Positions 57,401-64,000 of a DNA stretch of 64,000 bases are shown here, piece by piece. Below the pieces are notes generated by a model. The model was given only the letters and a program-made list of their open reading frames with translations, made no database searches and was not told the DNA's origin. The position numbers were made by a program, and so were the translations under genes. The DNA lies in the NCBI GenBank assembly GCA_037441385.1, contig JBBISH010000015.1, positions 1-64,000 of the forward strand, read 5' to 3'. Source of the DNA: Myxococcales bacterium. GTDB taxonomy: Bacteria; Myxococcota_A; UBA9042. The first letter of the stretch is position 1. Every line of letters begins with the position of its first letter.

Positions 57401-58257
57401 GGGGCAAGCTGGCCGATGGCGTGGCCTCGCTGGGCGTGTTCAACCACGCCATCGCCTACGTGGACGACGAGGAGCTGTGGCTGGATGCAACAGCCAACTT
57501 GAACGATATGAACGAGTTACCCGGCGGAGACGCGGGAGGCATGGCCTTGCGCATTGGCGACGGCGCGCCGGGCAAGTTGGAAGAACTGCCCGAACTGCAG
57601 CTAGAGCGCGAGCACGAGCAGCGCGAAGTTTCTTGGCAACTCAGGCCCGACGGCGGGGCCGAGCTGCAGTGGCACGCAGAAGTCCGCGGCGCGGTGGCAG
57701 CCGAGGTCCGGGCGCGTCTGACCGCCGCGGCCACCCGCAAAGAGCGCGTGGAGCAGGACCTGGCTGCGCGCTGGCCCGGTCTGGCGGTGGCGAAGCTGGG
57801 AGCCCAGGGCATCGACCCCATCGAGGCCACCGTGCGCCTGGAGGCGAGCGGCAGCGTACCCAAGCTGGGTCAGGTCCGCGATGGACGGTGGACGATGGCA
57901 CCGCTGCGCCCCGGCCAGAGTTGGTCGACGTCGCTGGCCAACGAGCAGACGCGCAAGGCCGACGTGGTCCTGCCTCGGCCGGTCGCGCTGGCAGAGGTGG
58001 TGCGCGTGCAGGCGCCGCCCGGTTGGCGCCACGAGCCGCGGGTGGCCGTGCAAATGCTGCAAAGTAAGGTGGGCAAGCTGCGCCTGCAGTCGCACGTGGA
58101 GGGCGATGTGCTGGTGCTGGAAGTGGACCTGAACGTGGCGCCGCGCCGCATCACGGTGGCCGACTACCCCGCGCTGCGCAAGTTCGTCGCCCAGGTCGAC
58201 GACGCGCTGGGGCAAGAGTTCGCGCTGGTGCGCGTCACGGCCGGGGGCACGCCATGA
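54454..58257 (+). CDS. Secreted TPR + DUF3857 + transglutaminase-like protein with an intact Cys-His-Asp triad
   Basis: Signal ending GPALA. PA14-like WLGPF domain. TPR helices. LRPGDAIVVEY. VRYVGLEFG, GDCKDKA, FNHAIAYV, WLDAT. Confidence 0.85.
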   Translation: MARSKERRSATAARRDGAWRRIARWCMAALVLVALVLVALLAGPALAKPAADTTAELARAQELVRLLDGKGTPAQLLAAALEWSRLASLLPHRFAASATDAALAKPTRDVPGRWAREILLQVRTDLGAAPLPDPGAALHWAWLGPFGDEHGTALPRNGALETAIESTPGPLPAAAPGRSGEVRWQRPPAGMVRVGEPTPLEELLDRPDDAEVYVATWLRPISGEPAKAQLRLWVQGPARVWLGTHALAPVAAKPESTGMPDETAATPAVDELPVALAGGWQRVVVKLGPAGAHVGFGLRVVDPGGLPLAIESTATCPAEVVDPVPEAPTKGDSKVFGLSWPPDKPMPADVAAALLQLDWHGWPIPESLHEQLSSMAPEELPSSSEVALAHANLSGEPGDRAELLDRWQQLRPDDEVILAARAAALDEIGHADQGHRLWVSWSIAHQRQPEHRSTAACRARVTLWRRLSGDLAARRLLDACRRQWPEVPALQADWARQLESSEDEAAAVAVYRTLAEQTPRPEAKARLAVALIQAGKLAEAAAMLEDFRLHYPGHTRPLEHLARAWLDEGQLDQAEAWLQRVPAPQRRTQWLDFAARLALRRGQSDVAQRHLRQAAAMAPQRADLRARLQRLSKGADTLSSHHRDLLALAQSERGKARSVPLEVRFRQIVLQALGNGQQARREAELTYLGPNCNGTHTVAIDYAPDLSQADVLQAMVVRADGRIDRNVAQSVDRYTQDDSGMYFDLERISLTFKNLRPGDAIVVEYEVRDLGPAPFGLVFGELLQLADVAPVRQTEVAVQLPGDMPLHFALYDPLHPDAPPAKPETSLVGRADEGGPWRQWQWQIGALPALPSDADAPGDTELGRYLHLSSMESWRDAARWYGDVLGQALPKPGQDAVIRDLARKLTAGKTDRLSKIKAVYEYARSQVRYVGLEFGIHSLKPHAPREVVLRQFGDCKDKAALIVALLAEVDIAAQVALVRTSEGGKLADGVASLGVFNHAIAYVDDEELWLDATANLNDMNELPGGDAGGMALRIGDGAPGKLEELPELQLEREHEQREVSWQLRPDGGAELQWHAEVRGAVAAEVRARLTAAATRKERVEQDLAARWPGLAVAKLGAQGIDPIEATVRLEASGSVPKLGQVRDGRWTMAPLRPGQSWSTSLANEQTRKADVVLPRPVALAEVVRVQAPPGWRHEPRVAVQMLQSKVGKLRLQSHVEGDVLVLEVDLNVAPRRITVADYPALRKFVAQVDDALGQEFALVRVTAGGTP

Positions 58258-61200
58258 GCGCAAGTAGGACTGGCACCGGGGGCGCGCCCCCCCCTGCGAC
58301 CCCCACGCGCGGCCGCAGCCACGGCCACCAAGTTCAACAAGCTGATTTTCGTACATACCGGCCACCGGCAGGGATTCTTGAACGACTCGGCCGCAAGGCA
58401 ACCGCCGCACTGGCGATGGGCATGTGGCTGGCTGCGTGCAGCGCGCCACAAATGGCCTGGGAGCCCAATGCCGACCTAGAGGCCGTCGAGGCCCAAGCGC
58501 GCTCCGACCTGCGCAATCCCGATTCCGCAGCCGCTGGCCGCGAGCAATTGGCGTGGTTGTGCCTGCTGCACAGCCGGGCCTGTGCCGAGGTCGCGGCTCC
58601 GCAACTGGATGGCGCGCCGACGCTAGAGAGGACGCTGCGGGTTGCGCTGCTGACCGACGGCCTTGCGGCCACCGATCGGGCGGTCGCGGCCTGGTGCGAC
58701 GTGGCCCAGGCCGCATTGGACAGCCCCGAGCCAGGGGCCGAAGCGATGGCCACAGCGGCCGCCCGGCGCATCGGCAGACTGGGGCGCGCCGACCCGTGGG
58801 CGACCAAGGCGGTGCTCGCCAAGCGCGGCGAAGTCGTTGCGGCGCTGTTGCAGCAGGGCCCTGCGGTCGAGCGTTTGCGGCGAGCGCGCGAACTGGCGGA
58901 ATTGCAGCCCAAGGGGGCGCCCCTGCTGGTGCACCCCACGCTGGGGCAGGCCACGGTCCCGTGGAGCCGCCGACTGCTGACCGGGATGGCGGGGGACGTT
59001 GCACTTCCTGCATGGTCTACGGACACGAGTGCCGCACTGCCGCCCCGGTTCGTCGGTTCCAGCGGGGTCACAGCGGTCGCACTGGCCGCGGATCCGCCGG
59101 GCATCTACCACGTGCGCGCCACTTGGCAGGGTCACGCGGGCGACCCGACCGTGCAGCTTGCCATCGACAGCGCCCGGCCGGTGCACGCGTGGTTGGACGG
59201 TCAGCCGCTGGCCACCCTGGCGGCGGGCGCAACCGTTGCCCCCAAAGCTGGCGTGCGGACCTTGGATTTGCTGGTGCCAGCCGCTGGCGACGGCGAAACC
59301 GTGTGGCTGGGCTGGTTTGCCCAAGACGGTCTGGCCCCGGAACGGATGGCGTCGCGGCGGCCGTGGCCGGCGGGTTTGACCAAAGTGCTGGCTGTGCTGG
59401 GCAATGCGCGGGGACCGGCCCGCCGCGAGCTTCAACAGTGGTTCCCCAAGGGCCTGGTCGCCGAGCTGGGCGAGGTCCTGCTGGGCAGCGCCCCTGCCGA
59501 AGCCGCCGATCGCCTCTTGGGGGTATGGCCGCGCCATGCAGAGGCGGTGGTCAGCGATGCCGCCCGCCACGTGGAAGACGGCAATGCCCAACTGGCGCTG
59601 CGAAGCTTGGCGACCTTGGAGCCCACGGGCGATGGCGCGCGGCTGGCCAACGACGGCCGCACCGACGTGGCCCTGTTGCAGGGTCGCGCCTACTCGGCCA
59701 TCGGCCTAGAGGATTTGGCCGCCGCCGCCGCCGAACAGGCCGCCCGTCGCGCCGACGGCCACTGTGCGGTGTGGCTGCAGGCCCTGGAATTGGCCACAGA
59801 TTTGGGCAACAAAGCTGCGCTGCGGCACATTCTGGCTGGCCCCCAGCCGTGCGACCCGACGGACCACAGCTTGGCCCAGGCGGCCGCGTGGCGAGCCATC
59901 GGTCGCGCGGATCAGGCGTCCGAGCGGCTGATTGCGACGCTGCAAGTACCAGACCAAGCCCGCGAGGCGCGGCGGCGTCTGGAGGCGAGCGAAGGTGGCC
60001 CGGCCGCTACGGCCTTACCGAGTTGGCTGCGCGACCGGGGCACAGAACAATGGCAGCAGTACCAACTGGCGGCCCTGGGTCGCGCCGACGCGCCGCCCAC
60101 CCAGCGCGAAGCGGACTGGCAGCGCGCGCAGCGGAACTTGGACACCATCCTGGTCAGTCCAGAGGCCAGTTCCGCCTTGCGGCAGCGGGCGTTGCAGGCG
60201 GGGGCCCGGGCGCCGTGGCAAGCGTTCCTGCGCAACGGCAAGGCCCTGGCCCAAGCCGCGGACGAGGCCGGCTGGGCCAGTTCGGCCAGCACGGCCTACC
60301 TCTTGGACCAAGAAATCGTGGTGCTGTTGCCCCAGGGCGGTGCGCTCCGGCGCGTCCACCAGGTCCTGCGCGTGTTGAGCGACGAGGCCGCCGACCAAGT
60401 TGGCGAGGTCCGCGTGGCCCAGGGTGCCGACTTGGAATTTGCCCGCACCCTGCTCGCCGAAGGCACGGTCGTAGCCGCTGCCGCAACTGCGGACAAAGAG
60501 ACCATCTCGCTGCGGGCGGTGACCGCGGGCGCGGCGGTGGAGTATGCCCAAGTTGTGCTCGTTGAGCCAGAAGACCCCACCACCGGCGCGACGCGGCTTG
60601 ACCCGTTCGTGCTCCAATCCGGCGACGGTCCGACCCGCCTTTCTGAATACGTAGTGCTGGTGCCCGCCGGCTTGGCCGTGGACGTCCGCGCCTCGACGCG
60701 CGCGCCTGCAGCCGAGACACGACAACTTCCGGGCTGGACAGCCTACATCTTCCGAACGGCCAACGTGCCGCGCGCACGCATCGAACCGCGGGCGGTGCGC
60801 CCGGATCTGGCGCTCCCCAGCGTACAGGTGGCCAGTCGCAACAGCTTGGCCGCGGTGATCGAACCCTGGGACGAGCGCCTAGAGGCCGCGGCTCAGGCGA
60901 GCAGCCCCGAAATCGACAAATGGCAAGCCTTGCTGCAGGCCCAGCCCGAAGGTCTGGCGCGCTGGCGGTACCTGGCGCAGCGGCTGGCGCGCGGGGTGCA
61001 GCACAGCCACGACGGCGGCGCACCTGGGGCACCGGCGACGGCGCTTCAGCAACAGCGCGGTGACCGTGCGGCCGTCTTCTACAGCATGCTGCGCCAACAG
61101 GGCCTGGCGGCGTGCATGGTGCGGGTGCACACCTTGGCTCGCCAAGCGCCCCGGCCCGGCACGGGGGCGTCGTCGCTCGATCCAATGGACTTTCCGATGG

Positions 61201-61976
61201 AGTTGGTGCGCTTTGAGCTACCTGACGGGCCGCACTGGTACGACCCGGGTCTGGAGGGTGGGTTGTTGGATCACCTGCGCTCGGGTCTGCGCGGTCGGCC
61301 GGCGCTCGTAGTGGGCTGCAAGGTCAGCGAACGTCGCATCACCACGCCGCTCTTGGGGAAGGACCGCGACGCGCGCGAAGTGACCGCCGAGCTGGACTGG
61401 CGCGAAGACGGCAGCGTGGACGGCACCTTCCGCGAGCACCTGACCGGCGCGGTGGCCGCCTTTGTGCGGCAGTTCTTGACCACCGCCACGGCCGACGAGC
61501 GCAACGCCTTGTTTGTCGAACTGGCCAAAGGCGTGTTGCCAGGCGCCCAGGTCGAAGCGGCCGACATTCAAGGTCTTGCGGACTTGGAGGGCCCGCTGGA
61601 TCTGCGTTGGACTCTGCGGAGCGACGGCAGCGAAGGGCGGCGCCAGTCGCTGGCCCTGGGGCTACTTCCATCCGAGTTGGGCAAGGATTTTGCCGCCCTG
61701 CCCGCCCGGACCATGCCGCTTTTGTTCGGTCACGGCCAGCGGCAGCAGTTGCGGTTGACGGTGCGGAGTTCGGCGCCGCTCAAGCCCGTGCACGATCTGG
61801 AGGTCCACACTCCACAAATCGACTGGCAACGGCGGTGGCAGCCGCAGCCAACCGGCGGCGTGCTCGATTGGCAAGTGGCGACCACGCCCGGGGTGGTCGA
61901 AGTCGAAGCCTATCGCGAGTTTGCCGCGGCGGCCCAGGGCGCAGACGCCGCCGAACACGTGAGGTTGCAGCGCTGA
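58254..61976 (+). CDS. Lipoprotein with TPR and DUF3857/transglutaminase-like domains, catalytically degenerate
   Basis: ATGA overlap with upstream gene. Lipobox WLAAC (true start may be downstream). VTAGAAVEY. RGDRAAVF where GDC is expected; WYDPG. Confidence 0.75.
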   Translation: MSASRTGTGGAPPPATPTRGRSHGHQVQQADFRTYRPPAGILERLGRKATAALAMGMWLAACSAPQMAWEPNADLEAVEAQARSDLRNPDSAAAGREQLAWLCLLHSRACAEVAAPQLDGAPTLERTLRVALLTDGLAATDRAVAAWCDVAQAALDSPEPGAEAMATAAARRIGRLGRADPWATKAVLAKRGEVVAALLQQGPAVERLRRARELAELQPKGAPLLVHPTLGQATVPWSRRLLTGMAGDVALPAWSTDTSAALPPRFVGSSGVTAVALAADPPGIYHVRATWQGHAGDPTVQLAIDSARPVHAWLDGQPLATLAAGATVAPKAGVRTLDLLVPAAGDGETVWLGWFAQDGLAPERMASRRPWPAGLTKVLAVLGNARGPARRELQQWFPKGLVAELGEVLLGSAPAEAADRLLGVWPRHAEAVVSDAARHVEDGNAQLALRSLATLEPTGDGARLANDGRTDVALLQGRAYSAIGLEDLAAAAAEQAARRADGHCAVWLQALELATDLGNKAALRHILAGPQPCDPTDHSLAQAAAWRAIGRADQASERLIATLQVPDQAREARRRLEASEGGPAATALPSWLRDRGTEQWQQYQLAALGRADAPPTQREADWQRAQRNLDTILVSPEASSALRQRALQAGARAPWQAFLRNGKALAQAADEAGWASSASTAYLLDQEIVVLLPQGGALRRVHQVLRVLSDEAADQVGEVRVAQGADLEFARTLLAEGTVVAAAATADKETISLRAVTAGAAVEYAQVVLVEPEDPTTGATRLDPFVLQSGDGPTRLSEYVVLVPAGLAVDVRASTRAPAAETRQLPGWTAYIFRTANVPRARIEPRAVRPDLALPSVQVASRNSLAAVIEPWDERLEAAAQASSPEIDKWQALLQAQPEGLARWRYLAQRLARGVQHSHDGGAPGAPATALQQQRGDRAAVFYSMLRQQGLAACMVRVHTLARQAPRPGTGASSLDPMDFPMELVRFELPDGPHWYDPGLEGGLLDHLRSGLRGRPALVVGCKVSERRITTPLLGKDRDAREVTAELDWREDGSVDGTFREHLTGAVAAFVRQFLTTATADERNALFVELAKGVLPGAQVEAADIQGLADLEGPLDLRWTLRSDGSEGRRQSLALGLLPSELGKDFAALPARTMPLLFGHGQRQQLRLTVRSSAPLKPVHDLEVHTPQIDWQRRWQPQPTGGVLDWQVATTPGVVEVEAYREFAAAAQGADAAEHVRLQR

Positions 61977-62034
61977 GCGCCCGCGTTGGCCCAGGAAAGG
62001 GCCCAGCTTGGTCGGGATGCCAGACGTCGGGAGA

Positions 62035-63213
62035 TCAGTACGACGTCTTCTCGGCTGCCGGCGCTTCCGACTTGGCTGGAGCGGCCTTGGCCTTGTTCGG
62101 CACGCCGCCAGCCGAGGATTCGTTGGCGTTGTTGGCCGCCAGCGCCTGCTCGGCCCACTGCGCGGTCTTGCCATCGCCAGCCTGCAGGGCCGCGGCGCGC
62201 AGCTTGACCAAAAGCGCTTTGCGCTTGGCGGGATCCGTGGTCTTGTCCACGGCCGCCTTCAGCTGCTGCACTTCGGACTTGGCCACCTCGGCGTTGTCCT
62301 TGCTCGACTCCTGTGCCTTCTTGCTGTCCTGCGCCGCTACGGCCTGATCGGCATCCGCTTCGACGCGCTGAGCCTGGGGAGCCTGGTTCGCTTTGTTGAA
62401 CTGGTCCAGGTTCTGACCGCGATTGTCCTGCGCGCGCGCCATCCCCATCACAGGGGCCGGCGGGACCTTGGCCGCGACCTCGGCCGCCTTGCGGTCTTCT
62501 TTGGCCGCATACGCCGCTGCCTTGCCCTCTTCGGCTGCAGCTTGGGCCGCCAGTTGCGCAGCCTGCTTCTCCCGTTCGGCGCTGCCGGCGACGCTGCCCG
62601 CCACGCTGCCAGGCATTTCCGGTGCAATCGAAGCCGGTTGCGCGGCGATGGTCCGCGTCGGCCGGGCTGCTTCGGCCTTGGCCAGCGCGGGCGGAGGCTC
62701 GGCGAACGCGGGCGGCGCAGCGGCGGCGGGTGGCGCCGGGGCGGCTTCGTCTTTGTCAGCGCCTTTGGCGACCTGCGGCTGGGCCGGCGCCGTGGGAGCG
62801 GGTGCGGCCTGAGCCACCTCGGGCGGCGGCGCGGGCTCGCTGACGGCCACCGCACCGGCGTCGACCGCGGGCTTGGTCTGGCGCTGACCGACTGCCACCA
62901 GCAGCGCCAAGGCGGCGGCGGTAGCCAGGATCGGGCCGGGGCGCATCAGGAATTCGGCGATCTTGGACCACAGCGACTGCGGTCGCTCGGCCGCCGCTTG
63001 CGCCGCCGCGGTCAGCACGGCCGAGCGCACGGCGGGCGAGACGTCGGGCAACGGCAAGGCCGCCAGCCGCTCGTGGATCACCACCATCTGTTCGATTTCT
63101 TCGCGCCACGCCGCCGGCACGTCTTCGGGACGGCCGCCCGCCAGCCGGCGCTCGTAGGCGTCGACAAAGGCTGCGTCGTCGTATTCGCGCTTGTCGTGGG
63201 TCATGTCGACCAT
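62035..63213 (-). CDS. Putative membrane-spanning anti-sigma factor
   Basis: Directly downstream of the ECF sigma gene; GGAGGAG RBS. Short N-domain, LPDVSPAVRSAVL linker, one TM, Ala/Pro-rich C-terminus. Confidence 0.7.
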   Translation of the reverse strand: MVDMTHDKREYDDAAFVDAYERRLAGGRPEDVPAAWREEIEQMVVIHERLAALPLPDVSPAVRSAVLTAAAQAAAERPQSLWSKIAEFLMRPGPILATAAALALLVAVGQRQTKPAVDAGAVAVSEPAPPPEVAQAAPAPTAPAQPQVAKGADKDEAAPAPPAAAAPPAFAEPPPALAKAEAARPTRTIAAQPASIAPEMPGSVAGSVAGSAEREKQAAQLAAQAAAEEGKAAAYAAKEDRKAAEVAAKVPPAPVMGMARAQDNRGQNLDQFNKANQAPQAQRVEADADQAVAAQDSKKAQESSKDNAEVAKSEVQQLKAAVDKTTDPAKRKALLVKLRAAALQAGDGKTAQWAEQALAANNANESSAGGVPNKAKAAPAKSEAPAAEKTSY

Positions 63214-63273
63214 GGTCTCCTCCCGGTGGGTCCCTGCCTGCGGCCGCTGGGCGCACAGGCTCCCACGGGTCGC

Positions 63274-63891
63274 TCAGGCAAAGTCTGCCAATGCCTCGCG
63301 CAAGGCCTTGAGTGCGTATCGCATTCGGCTCTTGACGGTGTTCTCGTTGGTGGCCGTCGCCTCGGCGATCTCGGCGAAGCTCAAGCCACTGATTTCGCGC
63401 AAGGTAAACACCTCGCGTTGTTCTTCTGGCAACGTCTGCATCGCTGCCTCGTAGGCCTGGCGGAACTGCTTGTCTGCCGTGTTGCGCGAAGCATCCAGTC
63501 CCGGAGCGTCCGAGGCGATGCGCTCGCCCAGGGTCGGTCCGTCGTCGTCGCCCATCGGCGCGTCGAGCGAAGGCCCAGAGCGGAACTTGTCGCGCCGCGA
63601 CGCATCCACGCACAGGTTGCGGGCAATGGTGTAAAGCCAAGTTTTGAACTTGCTTTGCCCTTTGAACCCTTGTGCATTGCGCACCACCCGGACAAAGGCG
63701 TCTTGCACTACGTCGTCGGGACGGGCTGCCCCCTGCTGAATTGCAAAGGCTTTCAAGGCCCTGCAATGCCGGTCGTACAGCACCCCTAGCGCTCGGCTAT
63801 CTCCGCCAACGAATCGCTCGTACAGCGCCTCGTCACTTGCATTCTCCGCGGCCGCCAGGGCCGCGAGTGCCGCCATCATCAGGAGCCACAT
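63274..63891 (-). CDS. ECF-subfamily RNA polymerase sigma factor
   Basis: SDEAL, DVVQDAFVRV, FKTWLYTIARNLCVD, LPEEQREVFTLRE..GLSFAEIA, TVKSRMRYA. Confidence 0.92.
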   Translation of the reverse strand: MWLLMMAALAALAAAENASDEALYERFVGGDSRALGVLYDRHCRALKAFAIQQGAARPDDVVQDAFVRVVRNAQGFKGQSKFKTWLYTIARNLCVDASRRDKFRSGPSLDAPMGDDDGPTLGERIASDAPGLDASRNTADKQFRQAYEAAMQTLPEEQREVFTLREISGLSFAEIAEATATNENTVKSRMRYALKALREALADFA

Positions 63892-64000
63892 CGGCGTCCT
63901 TCCTTTCCGACGCGCCACGCGCGAGTTCGATCTACTTTGCCGCCACCGGGCCGCCCGCAACGCCCAAAGCTGGCGCCGGTCTGCCGAATACTGAGCAGCA

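Overview
High-GC bacterial chromosomal DNA, probably from a Myxococcota-like deltaproteobacterium. This is inferred from two MYXO-CTERM-like C-termini, a DUF2330-like protein, a PEGA-domain Ser/Thr kinase and many Cys-rich surface proteins. The left 37 kb is dominated by secreted, disulfide-rich mosaic proteins: a >2500-aa lipoprotein truncated by the left edge and missing from the ORF track, a matrixin-like protein whose catalytic Glu is replaced by His, a fibre-like protein with a fibrinogen-like tip, and a CARDB/PPC lipoprotein. Among them are a three-domain DsbA and tatB plus a TatC carrying a large C-terminal fusion. The right part holds housekeeping and metabolic genes: a CCA-adding enzyme, feoAB with a Fur box, fur-ftcD, a glutamate synthase large subunit followed by eutB without eutC, gshB, an active/inactive DUF3857-transglutaminase pair, and an ECF sigma/anti-sigma pair. 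There is one tRNA-Gly(GCC). Two families of short non-coding MITE-like repeats are visible. One is a ~156-bp CTAG-bounded element stacked three times at the shared CTAG stop site of two convergent genes. The other is a ~128-bp TA-bounded element in several intergenic regions, one copy apparently interrupted by the CTAG element. I found no integrase, transposase, CRISPR array or rRNA. All family assignments come from motifs recognised by eye, not from database searches.
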